In this document: positions 20,610-31,920 of the stretch, piece after piece | Layout of the letters: every line of letters begins with the position of its first letter | Numbering within the stretch: the first letter of the stretch is position 1 | Origin: Aulosira sp. ZfuVER01 | Lineage (GTDB): Bacteria; Cyanobacteriota; Cyanobacteriia; Cyanobacteriales; Nostocaceae | Reading direction: 5' to 3' | DNA length: 64,000 nt | Assembly: GCA_034530615.2 (NCBI GenBank) | Contig: JAVRCV020000041.1 | Location: 1 to 64,000 of the forward strand | The notes under the pieces: model-generated | What the model saw: the letters and a program-made list of their open reading frames with translations, nothing else | Database searches by the model: none | What the model was told of the DNA's origin: nothing | Translations under genes and position numbers: made by a program

Positions 20610-21977
20610 TCATTTTCCTGCGGGTTTAATAGAAGTAGACTTTGATTGAAAAAATAGTTGAACATACATAAAAATAGGAATACCAATCAGAAATGTACTA
20701 TATAAAGATTCAAGTAATAAGTTTGAATCAACAGGTAGTTTAAGAATTTGATAACCGCAGACCATATATAATAACAAATTTAGTTGATGAGGTCTTTTGA
20801 GTGTAAACAGAAGTAAGCGAGTTCTAATTACAGACACTATATAACCAATTATCAAACTGTAAATCCAAGAACCAACAAAACCAAAATAAATTAAACCTTC
20901 AATAGGATGTTGAGGATTTACACCAAACCCTCCTGTACTCAATCCAATTGCTTCTGAAATGATCCGTTCTCCTAGGGCAGGGTTATATTCACTTAATCTC
21001 AGTAGACTCAATAACGGATTTATACTATTAATTAAGTAATCTATAGGATTATAATCAAATACATTCATTAAATCATAAGTGTAAAAGTAGTAAAATACAT
21101 CTCCAGAACCAACAAGCCTAACTAATAAAGCTTCAGATAAATTTAGATATTGAACTGCAATTGAAGCTCTCCAAAAAATGAATAAGACAATACTTATTCC
21201 TAAAAAGAATAAAATAAGAATAGAAGTATTTATTATTTTAGTATATTTACTATTGAACTGTTTGTTAATCAAGTAAATATAAAAAATCATATTGACAATC
21301 AGGAGTATAGCTCCTTTACTACCGCCTGATAATGCTATAAACATTAAAATTAACAGACAAAATATCAAACTCAAATATTGATATTTGCCAATCTGAATTT
21401 TAGGATTTAAAAGTTTAATAATAATGACAGCGATCGCACTTGGTAAAAGTGCATCATTTATCCTGTAAATAAAACCGAAGCCACTATTGCGAAACTCAAC
21501 TTTCGCCACTTCGGCATTTTCAGAAAAAAGTGGAACCGATCCATATTGGAAAAACAGTATTACATTGGAAATTAAAAGAATAAAAACACTAATATACAAT
21601 ATAATATTTAATTGTTTAGAATATTTTTTAAATATAGATACATCATTGGTTGCTACATCTCCGTAATCATCGTCTAAAACAATTGCTTTATAAATATTTC
21701 TCCTTTCACCATCTAATTTTTTATTTCCTAATCTTAGCCCAGCAATAAAAAATATATTTGATAGTATAAATGTAATCAAATATACAGGATATATTTGATT
21801 ATCAAAAAACAAGTATATAACAAATGCTATACTAAATGAATTGAAGAATAGATAAGTAAAGAGTGGATCGTACCAGGTAAACACAAGCTTTCTTAAAATT
21901 AATAATTGTGTTGCTATAGCCACAATTACAAGAGGGACATAAATATAAAAACTTATTGATAATATATATTCTGTCAT
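20610..21977 (-). CDS. wzy: Wzy-type oligosaccharide repeat-unit polymerase
   Basis: Polytopic, very AT-rich 455-aa membrane protein among GTs and wzx; GGSKG loop motif. Confidence 0.65.
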   Translation of the reverse strand: MTEYILSISFYIYVPLVIVAIATQLLILRKLVFTWYDPLFTYLFFNSFSIAFVIYLFFDNQIYPVYLITFILSNIFFIAGLRLGNKKLDGERRNIYKAIVLDDDYGDVATNDVSIFKKYSKQLNIILYISVFILLISNVILFFQYGSVPLFSENAEVAKVEFRNSGFGFIYRINDALLPSAIAVIIIKLLNPKIQIGKYQYLSLIFCLLILMFIALSGGSKGAILLIVNMIFYIYLINKQFNSKYTKIINTSILILFFLGISIVLFIFWRASIAVQYLNLSEALLVRLVGSGDVFYYFYTYDLMNVFDYNPIDYLINSINPLLSLLRLSEYNPALGERIISEAIGLSTGGFGVNPQHPIEGLIYFGFVGSWIYSLIIGYIVSVIRTRLLLFTLKRPHQLNLLLYMVCGYQILKLPVDSNLLLESLYSTFLIGIPIFMYVQLFFQSKSTSIKPAGK

Positions 21978-22897
21978 TATGAATCTCCATATGATTTAGG
22001 TAATTTTTGGAGTTTTAAAAGCAGATTTTGAAAATAAGAATTTATCAGCTGAATATAAAATATATAGAAAAATCTAAAATTTTTAAATTTAAATGATAAT
22101 TTACAGGCTCTAAAAAAAGCAAAAAACAAGAGTATAGATGCGTCTATATGAATTTTAGCCAGTACTTCTATACTTTCACAATACCTACCAAATCTAATTA
22201 ACGCCGCTTCTATACTATCTTGTTGAGCAGAAAAGCCGTGGATACATTTAGTATTAATAATAATAAAAGAAGTATTTATTTGCTTATACCTGTCTATAAA
22301 TTCAAAGTCACTAAAATCAAGTTTTAATTTTTCATTATAACCACCTACTTTTCCAAAAATATCCATACTTATAAATAGACCACTATTTAACAGTGAGATA
22401 TTTTTACTACTATGTAATCCTGGTACAATATTTTTGAGGGGAAATCCTCTTCTAAATGCATATTTACAAGGTGAATAAAGTTCACCTGTATCCGAAGTTA
22501 GGATAGGTGCGAACAAAAATGAGTTAGGATTTCTGTGTACTTCTTGGTAATACTTTATTAAAGCATCTGTTTCAAATTTAGTATCTTGATCTAGTAGCAA
22601 CAGCCACTTCTTATCCATTTTTTTAGCAATTTTATATCCTGTATTATATGCTTTACCAACACCTGGATTTGTTTCATCATGTATATAACTAATATGCCAA
22701 TATTGCTCATTTAATTGCTTTGGGTTTAGCATTGGCAATGGGCTATTATCGTAAATAAGAATATCTAGTTTAGAAGATTTTTTTTCTAAGCAATAGCTTA
22801 ATGACTTAAATGTATCAGAATTATTTATATCAGTTTTATAAAGTACTAAAACAGCTAAGACTTCTTTAAGGAAAAATTGAAATTCTGCGGAATCCAT
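21977..22897 (-). CDS. GT2 glycosyltransferase (rhamnosyltransferase-like)
   Basis: VLY, YDNS, NPGVGKAYN, LLDQDT, NSG, DFSD motifs. Confidence 0.8.
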   Translation of the reverse strand: MDSAEFQFFLKEVLAVLVLYKTDINNSDTFKSLSYCLEKKSSKLDILIYDNSPLPMLNPKQLNEQYWHISYIHDETNPGVGKAYNTGYKIAKKMDKKWLLLLDQDTKFETDALIKYYQEVHRNPNSFLFAPILTSDTGELYSPCKYAFRRGFPLKNIVPGLHSSKNISLLNSGLFISMDIFGKVGGYNEKLKLDFSDFEFIDRYKQINTSFIIINTKCIHGFSAQQDSIEAALIRFGRYCESIEVLAKIHIDASILLFFAFFRACKLSFKFKNFRFFYIFYIQLINSYFQNLLLKLQKLPKSYGDS

Positions 22898-23714
22898 ACT
22901 TTATTCCTTGATAGAGGTAGTAAATGACAGCTAAAACTGTCCAGAAAATCCCAAAATTTTTTTCGATAATTGTTAAGCATTCTTGAATATATATTTGACT
23001 CGTTAAGCCACCTGGCAAGGCATATGCAATAAATGAATCAGAAAATACAAAATTTACACCCTTGTTAAACAGCCTTGCATTCAGATCGTAATCTGCATAA
23101 ACTTTGTATTGTGTATCAAATGGAGGCTGATTGCACAGCGATTTATGAATCAGTAATGCTTGGTGGTGCAAAGTATTTCCTAATTTGAGCTTCCAATCAG
23201 ATGTTGATTTAAAGAAACCATTATCTCCCATACTTACCTTTCCAAAAATAGCTGTATGAGAATGCAATTGATTTAAATTTGGTAAGCTCAATATCAAATC
23301 TCCTGCGCCTAAAAAGAGAATATAACTGTTATCGTTTGCTACAGCCCATCCCTTATTCATTGCATCATAAATACCTCGATCCGGCTCGCTAATCCAAAAT
23401 GTAATATGGGCGTCATATTTTTTAATTATTTCTAAAGTTCTATCATTACTGCCACCGTCTATCACTATATATTCTATATTTTCATATTTTTGAGTTATTA
23501 CATTTTGAATTGTATTTTCTAGATATTTTTCTCCATTATATACAACTGTTATGATAGTAATTAATGGTTGATTATGTTGAGGTTCTTTACGAGAATTATA
23601 ATTTAGTCTTAATCCACCTTCTAAGCGTTGTGAACAGGCTTTCTTACTGCAAGAGTCAGGTGCATTTGGAATTTCCATAAAATTATAGATATTATCTATA
23701 CTTATCACGAGCAA
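22866..23714 (-). CDS. GT2 glycosyltransferase (WcaE-like); true start may be ATG 23678
   Basis: ITVVYNG, IDGGSND, SEPDRGIYDAMNKG, HQA, ADYD. Confidence 0.88.
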   Translation of the reverse strand: MLVISIDNIYNFMEIPNAPDSCSKKACSQRLEGGLRLNYNSRKEPQHNQPLITIITVVYNGEKYLENTIQNVITQKYENIEYIVIDGGSNDRTLEIIKKYDAHITFWISEPDRGIYDAMNKGWAVANDNSYILFLGAGDLILSLPNLNQLHSHTAIFGKVSMGDNGFFKSTSDWKLKLGNTLHHQALLIHKSLCNQPPFDTQYKVYADYDLNARLFNKGVNFVFSDSFIAYALPGGLTSQIYIQECLTIIEKNFGIFWTVLAVIYYLYQGIKYGFRRISIFP

Positions 23715-23776
23715 AGCATTATTAATATGGGAAATATATGATATTAACTTACTTTGTACTTGTTAAGAGTAAATTG

Positions 23777-24637
23777 TTATGAGATTAATTCTCTACTATC
23801 TCTTAAGTAATTATAAGCTATAAAATTATATAACTCTTTACTTCCAAATCTAGAATCATAATTGGTCACAGGTAAAATAGAACCATCAGCATTTATGTAG
23901 TATACAAATAGCCCTGACTTGGATAAATCAAAGAGAAAATCTTTTGTAGAATAGTCAAAAGCACAGGCAGTTACATCACATGATTCAAACAAAATTTTGA
24001 GTTTATTTTCTGAATTTAAAAGATTTTTTGCCCCTTCAAAAATAAGTTTTTCTGCACCTTCTACATCAATTTTTATGAAGTCTATTTTTTTAAGATTGAG
24101 TTCTTTAACAATATCATCAATAGTTGTAACTTCTACATTTAACCATTCTTTGATGCTTTGGTAAGGATGTTTAGTTTCAGCTAAAGAATTTAATGCTCCA
24201 TCATCAGATATAGCAAACTGAGATATACCTTTTTTATTGCTGACTGCTCGTTCAATGATGGTGACATTATTTAAGTTATTAATAGCAATGTTATGGCGTA
24301 GTAAATCTAATTCACGATATCCTGGTTCAAAAGCATATACATGCCCATTAGCACCTACCTTTTTGGCAGCAATTACAGTATATATACCTCCGTTAGCACC
24401 AATATCAAAAACAATATCTCCAGGTTGCAGTGAATGCTGCACAAATTCAACTTCAGATCTTTCAAAGTTGTTAACAAATAACGATTGTCCTATAGCACTG
24501 TTGATTGGGTAATGAAAAAGAGAGCCATCAGGTAATTTAAATTTTCCTATTTTCTCAGTTAAAAGTAGGCAGTTTAACTGCCATAAGTGAAATTTTATCC
24601 GCCGTTTAGCTCTAAAAATAAATTCATCAATTTTCAT
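23777..24637 (-). CDS. FkbM family methyltransferase
   Basis: DIGANGG, AFEP, KIDVEGAE. Confidence 0.9.
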   Translation of the reverse strand: MKIDEFIFRAKRRIKFHLWQLNCLLLTEKIGKFKLPDGSLFHYPINSAIGQSLFVNNFERSEVEFVQHSLQPGDIVFDIGANGGIYTVIAAKKVGANGHVYAFEPGYRELDLLRHNIAINNLNNVTIIERAVSNKKGISQFAISDDGALNSLAETKHPYQSIKEWLNVEVTTIDDIVKELNLKKIDFIKIDVEGAEKLIFEGAKNLLNSENKLKILFESCDVTACAFDYSTKDFLFDLSKSGLFVYYINADGSILPVTNYDSRFGSKELYNFIAYNYLRDSRELIS

Positions 24638-26121
24638 CTTTTTGTTCCTTTTTTGACTAAATATTCCTTGATTATTTGAAATATTTTAGGTTGTTCTACA
24701 ATAAACCAAACAGCTAAAATGATGACTTGTAGCACAAGCATCAATATTTTTATATTGATCTGATCGCTAATCCCTATATTTGCTAATACTATACCTGCAA
24801 AATAAAGCATGGGAAAGCATAACCAACCTATCCAGAGACGTGGGGGTATGCGTAGGATTTTCATACTAGAAAAGGTCAGCAACCAAACTCCTAAATATCC
24901 AGCATTGCCTAAAATAGCTCCCATCAGTCCATAATTATTGGCTCCAAGGTAAATTAGCAGCAGAGAAACAACCCCACTAGCTAACTGAATAGTCATGCAT
25001 GTAGTCGCTGAATTTACTCCAAATAGAATATAGAAACCAACTGCGTTGACAGAGTAAAGTGCGTAAATAACTGTTGCTATGCGAAAGGCTACTATATACT
25101 GAGGAGATAAGTTTTCTGCTAGTATGAGATGCAAAACAAAGGGTGCAAACGTTAATAATGCACCTCCTATCCCTAATGCCAGTAGGCTGTTGATTTGAAG
25201 CGCTTGTTTTACTTGTGCTAGGATAACTGCTTTCTCAGCTTCTTGCTTAGCCATTAAACTGCTGATAGCAGGTAGCAATGGTTGTACAGGTAAAGCAGAT
25301 AATGCATTAATTTGGACAGTAACGTTAGTAATTGCAGCATAGACTCCAAGTGTCCCTGTACCTAGTAAAGCTCCTACAATCAGACGATCCATCTGGCTAA
25401 ATAGCACTCCTCCCAGAGAAGCTATCCAGGTGACTAAACTGTAATGGGCAATAGCTAATCCTTTCTTAATATTCCACTTTGGTTGTAATTTTAGATGCTT
25501 AACTAGCAACCATCCTACCCAGACATGAGCAGCAAAAGCAGCTATACTTAAAACAGCTTGAAACTGCATTAAGGCAATTGTCTTACCTCCCAGCCATGCA
25601 ACTGCTAATAAGCCTAAACTACTTAATAATGACTGGAGAGTAATTAAAAGGTTCATTACTCCATAAAATTGATAGGCTTGTTCTACCCCAATAATTATTT
25701 GCTGAAGTAACCTTGCCCAAACTACGACGGCGGAGATTTGTAAAGTTTGTACAGCTTTTAATTGCTGAAATTGCTCCAGCTTGGGAAACAAATTAATAAT
25801 TGCTTCTGCACCCAACCAAAGAGCGATCGCTCCTAGGGTTGCTAGTATCAGCATTGCTCCAAGAGTTACTGTCAAAGTTTGTGATAAGTTCTCAGTATCC
25901 TCACTAGCAAGGTCTTGTGATACAAAGACTGTCGTGGTGGTGGAAAGCCCGGCCTCAGCTAAAGCTACCATTGCAACCACCGCAGAGGCTAATGTCCACA
26001 ATCCATACTCCTCAACCCCAATCAAATTAATTAATACAGGGATTGTGAGTATCGCTAATCCAATTTTGACTACTCCAGCCGCGGCATTATATAGCCCATT
26101 TTTTAACAACTTATGGTTCAC
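24634..26121 (-). CDS. wzx: Wzx polysaccharide flippase
   Basis: About 12-14 TM segments, GVEEYG, DRLIVGALLG...GVYA pattern. Confidence 0.85.
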   Translation of the reverse strand: MNHKLLKNGLYNAAAGVVKIGLAILTIPVLINLIGVEEYGLWTLASAVVAMVALAEAGLSTTTTVFVSQDLASEDTENLSQTLTVTLGAMLILATLGAIALWLGAEAIINLFPKLEQFQQLKAVQTLQISAVVVWARLLQQIIIGVEQAYQFYGVMNLLITLQSLLSSLGLLAVAWLGGKTIALMQFQAVLSIAAFAAHVWVGWLLVKHLKLQPKWNIKKGLAIAHYSLVTWIASLGGVLFSQMDRLIVGALLGTGTLGVYAAITNVTVQINALSALPVQPLLPAISSLMAKQEAEKAVILAQVKQALQINSLLALGIGGALLTFAPFVLHLILAENLSPQYIVAFRIATVIYALYSVNAVGFYILFGVNSATTCMTIQLASGVVSLLLIYLGANNYGLMGAILGNAGYLGVWLLTFSSMKILRIPPRLWIGWLCFPMLYFAGIVLANIGISDQINIKILMLVLQVIILAVWFIVEQPKIFQIIKEYLVKKGTKR

Positions 26122-26257
26122 TGAGACAATAATTATTTCTAGTTAATCGATGCATCTTACATTACTTTGATAGATAAATTTCCTTCTTTGTTAAAATTGG
26201 CGAAATTGAACAGAGACCCTGATAAACACAGGTTAAAACTTTTATCATCCAACATTG

Positions 26258-28450
26258 CTAAGTCCGAATTTTAAGTGACTTAACATCAACCTTTCCATTC
26301 TTGGAGTGTCCATTTTGATGGTAGTAACCCTTAGAATAGTAGCCACCATAGCTGCTACCCGCAGTAACACCATTGACTACCATTCCCAAAACCCGCTGGC
26401 CAGACTGTGCTAGTAGATTCTTTGCAGTACTAGCAGCTGCCGAGTCAACTACACCAGGACGTACAACTAGTAAAATTCCATCCACTAACTTGCCCAATAT
26501 TTGAGCATCTGCAACTGCTGTTAAAGGTGGAGCGTCAATAATTACAAAGTCATAATTACTGGTAGCTTCTTGAATTAAAGCAGCCATCCGTTTTGACTCT
26601 AAGAGCGCAGCTGCATTGGGCGGAATTGTCCCAGCAGTTACTAAATCTAGAGTCATCAGTGCTTCTTTGGCAGTTGTTGGTAACTCAGCTTGATTAACTA
26701 AAATGTTACTCAATCCTATCAGGTTGGATTGTTCCCAAACTTTATGCTGACGAGGGCGACGCATATCTGCATCCACCAAAAGTACTCGGCGTCCAGTTTG
26801 TGCTGCGGCTACTGCCAAATTTGCGGCTACAAAAGATTTACCCTCACCAGGAATCGAGCTACTTAGCACAATCACTTTCAGCGTCTTATCAGAAATGCTG
26901 AAACCTAAGTTAGCCTGGAGCATTTCAAAAGCTGCGGACTCAGGGGAATAAGGATTGTGGAGTGTGGGTAATTCTGCACTCCCTTCACCATCACTACCTT
27001 TAGGTTTTTCAGCTAACGGAATAGTACCTAATAAGGGATATTCCAACAGCCGCTTAACTTCTTCAATAGTCTTGAGAGAATTATCCGTAGCTTCCAGCAG
27101 CAGTGCTACTCCCATACCTAAGAGAATTCCTAAAACTCCACCTAGCCCTAAGTTCAAGGGAATGATGGGAGAAACAGGCTTGTCAGGAATTAAAGCATCA
27201 GAAATTATTCTCGAATTACCAATATTTTGGTTTTCTAGTACCTCAACTTCCTGCAATTGCTTCATTAACTGTTCGTAAGTCACTTTCGCTACCTGCCACT
27301 GTCGCTGTAGCTGTAACTGTTGTTGTTCTAGTCGAGGTAAAATATCCAATCGTCTTTTATTGACTACATATACTTGCTGCAATGTGGCTACTCGATTTGC
27401 ATATGCCAACCGATCTACTTCGGATTTAACTAATGCTTCAGTCAAATTCTGCTTGAGTGTTCCTATCTGCAAATTTTGCTCAGGTACCAATTCTGAACTA
27501 CCTATAGTTTGAGAAACTCTCCCTTCTAATTGGCTTCTTAAAGCTGCTGCTTTCTGATCCAGATTAATTACAGTGGGGTGCTCTTCACTAAAGCGAGTCC
27601 GTGCCACTGCTAACTCATCTTCTGTTTTTTGGTAGTCTGTAAGTACCTGCTGTATCCCAGGCGATTGGCTTAAAGTACTAAGTTCCACAGCCTGTTCTGT
27701 GTTTAATGCAATTCGGCTTTGCAACGCTTGAGTGCGAGTACTAGCATCAGCCAATCCTGCTTGAGCTTTAGTAATTTCCTCTAATACAGTTTTCAGTCCT
27801 TCGACACCAGCTTTTGCTTCTACATCCAGAGCCACAACCCTGTTTTGTTCTTTAAATCGACGTAGGGCCATTTCTGCTTTTAAAACTCGTTTCTCTACCT
27901 CAGGCAATTGCCGATTCAAAAATTCCCTGGCAGACCTGGCCTCAGATCTGTTGGTGCGAACATTGCTTTCTAAGTAATAATTCATCAGAGAATTAAGTAC
28001 AGTTGCAGCTTCCTCTGGATTTGTACTGCGGTAGGAAAGCTGCATTACATCCGTTCCCCGAATAGTCTTCAGTTTCAGCTTTTTGAGAAACTTTTCAATT
28101 GTAAGTGGTTTACCCGATTTATCCTTCAGGTTCAGACTAGCAATGGTTTTTTGGACTATGGGGTTTGAGCGAATCACCTCAGCTTCTGTATCCACGGGGT
28201 TGCTGAGGTTGGTCAAACCGCTCAGTTCTCCTACTTGTGAAGATAGACCAGTGAGCGATGAAACTCCACTCTGTTTGTTAAATAACAGCTTGGCTTGTGA
28301 TTCGTAAACTGGTTTTTGGAGGAAGGTGACTAATGCTGTTAGTCCAAACACAGAGCCAATCACAACAGCTGTCACAGGCCAACGCCTTTTCAGTATCGGC
28401 CAGTATTCTTGGAAATCAATAAGGTCACGGTCGTCTCGCTTAGTAGGCAT
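26258..28450 (-). CDS. wzc: Wzc polysaccharide co-polymerase / tyrosine autokinase
   Basis: Two TMs with coiled coil between, Walker A GEGKS, DADMRRP, IIDAPP, Tyr-rich tail YGGYYSKGYY; ATG at 28450. Confidence 0.92.
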   Translation of the reverse strand: MPTKRDDRDLIDFQEYWPILKRRWPVTAVVIGSVFGLTALVTFLQKPVYESQAKLLFNKQSGVSSLTGLSSQVGELSGLTNLSNPVDTEAEVIRSNPIVQKTIASLNLKDKSGKPLTIEKFLKKLKLKTIRGTDVMQLSYRSTNPEEAATVLNSLMNYYLESNVRTNRSEARSAREFLNRQLPEVEKRVLKAEMALRRFKEQNRVVALDVEAKAGVEGLKTVLEEITKAQAGLADASTRTQALQSRIALNTEQAVELSTLSQSPGIQQVLTDYQKTEDELAVARTRFSEEHPTVINLDQKAAALRSQLEGRVSQTIGSSELVPEQNLQIGTLKQNLTEALVKSEVDRLAYANRVATLQQVYVVNKRRLDILPRLEQQQLQLQRQWQVAKVTYEQLMKQLQEVEVLENQNIGNSRIISDALIPDKPVSPIIPLNLGLGGVLGILLGMGVALLLEATDNSLKTIEEVKRLLEYPLLGTIPLAEKPKGSDGEGSAELPTLHNPYSPESAAFEMLQANLGFSISDKTLKVIVLSSSIPGEGKSFVAANLAVAAAQTGRRVLLVDADMRRPRQHKVWEQSNLIGLSNILVNQAELPTTAKEALMTLDLVTAGTIPPNAAALLESKRMAALIQEATSNYDFVIIDAPPLTAVADAQILGKLVDGILLVVRPGVVDSAAASTAKNLLAQSGQRVLGMVVNGVTAGSSYGGYYSKGYYHQNGHSKNGKVDVKSLKIRT

Positions 28451-29158
28451 AAATAATGTACCGAAAAACCACAAATAATTTGGGCTGGCACTGTTCTAGG
28501 TGCAAACACAATTATCGCCCCAACAAAATTAACCGGGGATGGCTAGTCTTGCTATTTATCAGAAATTTTCCTTAAAATATTCTGATTCCCAAAACGTCCC
28601 GACCATTTTATACTAATTTTTGTTCTTTATTCACCAAAAATACTACCTTTGACAAAGTCATGGGTACATATAATCCATATTTATTGAATTTATAATAAAT
28701 ATAAGTATTATTTATATTTTTAGTTCTGAGGCTTCGCTAAAAAGTAATACTAAGTAACTTGTTTAATCCCTTTGTTTCTGAACAGCCCACTGAGGTGCTA
28801 AAGTACCTTTGAATTAGTGTATTCCTGCCTATGGTATGGATTTTACGCCTGATTAAAATATCCAAAAATTATCTACATGGGAAATAACAAGTCATGTAAA
28901 GCACTGATTACAAAAATAACTGTCGCTATGTTAATTTTTTTGTGATAAAAGGGACTAATCATTAAGGCAGTAAACACTTAACATGCTTTTAAACTGAAAC
29001 AGAGTTAATTAAATTTACTTTATTTTCAGTCAAAAAAATTGGCAAACTGAAATACATACTCAAGGTAATGAAATCTTAGGGTTAAGCATCTTAAAGCACA
29101 AAAATTCTACTACCTATAGATCGTTTATCTCAGAATTTAAGAGTAGTATAAAATACTT

Positions 29159-30574
29159 ATGTTCAATATACCATTTCACGGTTACAGGGGAAGCATTCAA
29201 TTACTCAAAATCCCAAGCTTCATGCCTGTATTACTTTTGGTAGGAGATATTTTTGGCTTATTTGTCTGTTTAGGAGTGGCCTTTTGGTTACGCCTCGGTC
29301 AAATCTTTGAGATTTTTGCTCCGGTTGTTTGCGTATTTATACTGCTAGTTCTGGCAGGTCTTTATCTGGCAGATACTTACCACCCAGATACGCAAATAGC
29401 GGGTTTGCGTGCTCCGGCTCGGATCGTGATTAGCAGTTTAATCACTGGTGTTATCACTTATTCCTTAATTTACCTACTAGGTTGGCGTCAGCACCCATTC
29501 ATAGGGCAAGGAATTTTGCTAGTCAGCCTGGGAATATTTACAATCTGGGCGGTGATCTTAAGATTATGGGCAGTCAAGTGGTTGCGATCGCACGCCGAGC
29601 AAAGTCTTTGGTTAATGCTCGGTGCTGGCAAAAGTGGTATAAAATTTGCTCAAATGTTCCTCGAACATAACCCATTGGGGCGATTGGTAGTTCTTGCAGA
29701 AGCCGATCCAGAACTCACCGAATTAGCAAACACAGCATCTGGACTAACTTATAGAGGTGATGCAAACGACTTGTCTGCTTGGAGTCAGCAGTCTTGGTCG
29801 GGGGTAGTAGTGGCTAGCCCAATGGATTTTTCTGATACCCAAGTGCAGCAGTTGATGCAACTACGATTGCAAGGTATTCCAATTTACAGGCTACCAGATA
29901 TTTGCGAAACCTTATGGTACAAACTCCCGTCCTCCTTACTGGAGGATAGCTGGTTGGCTTTTAGTGCTGGTTTTAACTTAGTATCTGGTGGTATTAGCTT
30001 GAAGTTGAAGCGGTTAGTAGACCTGATACTCGCAGGGTTGTTGCTGATATTTTTATTTCCACTGATGCTATTGGCAATAGTGGCAATCAAGCTAGATAGT
30101 CCAGGTTCTGTTTTATACAGTCAATTACGTACAGGATTGTATGGTAAGCCATTTAGGGTTTACAAATTTCGCTCCATGTATCAGGATGCTGAAAAACGGG
30201 GGGCACAATGGGCAAGTCAAAGAGATCCGCGAATTACGAGAGTAGGGTATTGGCTGCGAGTTTTGCGAATTGACGAACTACCACAAATATTTAATGTACT
30301 ACATGGAGATATGAGTCTGATTGGCCCCCGTCCGGAACGACCGGAATTTGATGTCAAGCTCAAAGAAGCAATTCCATACTATGAGCTGCGTTATTTAGTT
30401 AAACCGGGAATTACTGGCTGGGCCCAGGTACTTTATCCCTATGGTGCTTCAGTTGAGGATGCTTACGAAAAGCTAGCTTACGACCTCTACTACATCAAAA
30501 ATTATTCCTTATGGTTGGATATAGCGATCGCCTTTAAAACTGTCAGGGTTGTTTTGTTAGGAAAAGGTAGATGA
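29159..30574 (+). CDS. Exopolysaccharide priming polyprenyl glycosylphosphotransferase
   Basis: N-terminal TMs; KRLVD, KFRSM, DPRIT, DELPQ, GPRPERP, KPGITGWAQV. Confidence 0.92.
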   Translation: MFNIPFHGYRGSIQLLKIPSFMPVLLLVGDIFGLFVCLGVAFWLRLGQIFEIFAPVVCVFILLVLAGLYLADTYHPDTQIAGLRAPARIVISSLITGVITYSLIYLLGWRQHPFIGQGILLVSLGIFTIWAVILRLWAVKWLRSHAEQSLWLMLGAGKSGIKFAQMFLEHNPLGRLVVLAEADPELTELANTASGLTYRGDANDLSAWSQQSWSGVVVASPMDFSDTQVQQLMQLRLQGIPIYRLPDICETLWYKLPSSLLEDSWLAFSAGFNLVSGGISLKLKRLVDLILAGLLLIFLFPLMLLAIVAIKLDSPGSVLYSQLRTGLYGKPFRVYKFRSMYQDAEKRGAQWASQRDPRITRVGYWLRVLRIDELPQIFNVLHGDMSLIGPRPERPEFDVKLKEAIPYYELRYLVKPGITGWAQVLYPYGASVEDAYEKLAYDLYYIKNYSLWLDIAIAFKTVRVVLLGKGR

Positions 30575-31671
30575 AGAAAAAAGTATTGGTAACAGGCGGC
30601 GCAGGTTACATTGGTTCCCACGTGGTGCGCCAATTAGGTGAAGCTGGTTATGACGTGGTGGTGTACGATAACTGTTCGACAGGTTCCCCGAAAGCTGTAC
30701 TGTATGGCGAGTTAATTATTGGTGATTTAGCAGATACAGACCGTCTTTACCAAATATTTGCCAAACATCGATTTAGTGCAGTACTGCACTTTGCCGCTAG
30801 TTTAGTTGTACCAGAATCCGTTGCCAATCCCCTTGACTACTACGCCAATAACACGCGCAATACCCTGAATTTGCTCCGCTGTTGTAGCGTACTGGATGTT
30901 AACCAATTCATTTTTTCCAGCACCGCCGCAGTTTACGGTGAACCTGAAGAGAATCCGGTTACAGAGTCTACCCCTACCCTACCGATTAACCCCTATGGAC
31001 GATCAAAATTGATGAGCGAATGGCTGATTCAGGACTACAGTCTCGCGTCACGTCTTAGGTATGTTACTCTGCGCTACTTCAATGTTGGAGGCGCTGACCC
31101 TTGTGGAAGACTGGGGCAAAGTTTGCGAAATGTAACACACTTAATTGCAGCTGCCTGTAATGCTGCACTCCAACGTCGCTCAGAATTACGAATTTTTGGC
31201 ACAGATTTTCCCACTCCAGATGGTACTGGAATTCGGGACTATATTCATGTTGAAGATCTGGCTGCTGCTCATGTTGATGCTTTACGCTACTTAGAACAAG
31301 GTGGAGAAAGCCAAACTCTCAATTGCGGTTATGGGCAAGGTTATAGCGTCCGACAAGTGATTGAACGGGTCAAGGCAATTTCTGGGGTAGATTTTCCTGT
31401 GATTGAAGCAGACCGTCGCCCTGGAGACCCCGCTTGTGTGACGGCTTGTGCAGATAAAATCCGTATGGTGTTAGGCTGGCAACCTAAATATAACGATCTG
31501 GATGCGATCGTGTACACTACCCTGGCTTGGGAAATGCATCAGGACAGCCTTCAACACGCAACAGGCGCGAGGCAAAAGTTGGTGTCCATCAGTAAGGAAA
31601 GAATTGCCAGATCTAAGCTGAAATTGCCTTTAAGTTACCTAAATAAACCTCTGGCAATCAACAATGAATAA
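30571..31671 (+). CDS. galE: UDP-glucose 4-epimerase
   Basis: GGAGYIGSH, FSSTAAVYG, YGRSK, LRYFN, DGTGIRDYIHV. Confidence 0.93.
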   Translation: MKKKVLVTGGAGYIGSHVVRQLGEAGYDVVVYDNCSTGSPKAVLYGELIIGDLADTDRLYQIFAKHRFSAVLHFAASLVVPESVANPLDYYANNTRNTLNLLRCCSVLDVNQFIFSSTAAVYGEPEENPVTESTPTLPINPYGRSKLMSEWLIQDYSLASRLRYVTLRYFNVGGADPCGRLGQSLRNVTHLIAAACNAALQRRSELRIFGTDFPTPDGTGIRDYIHVEDLAAAHVDALRYLEQGGESQTLNCGYGQGYSVRQVIERVKAISGVDFPVIEADRRPGDPACVTACADKIRMVLGWQPKYNDLDAIVYTTLAWEMHQDSLQHATGARQKLVSISKERIARSKLKLPLSYLNKPLAINNE

Positions 31672-31920
31672 TTGATCGCCAAGAAACACTGAGAAAAACT
31701 AATTATGTAATGTAATAAAAATTCTCCCAAATTCATTACTTATACTAAGTAGCAGTCTGTTCTAGTACATTGGAATCCATGAGATTGCTTTCCTTCACTG
31801 CGTTTCGGTTGCAATGACAGATACTATCTTTGATTGCAACTTGATGTTACATACTTTACGCAGAAACTCTGTGGTCATCAGGCTTTCTTAATTTTGAATT
31901 GTAAGACAGGGGTAGTTTTA

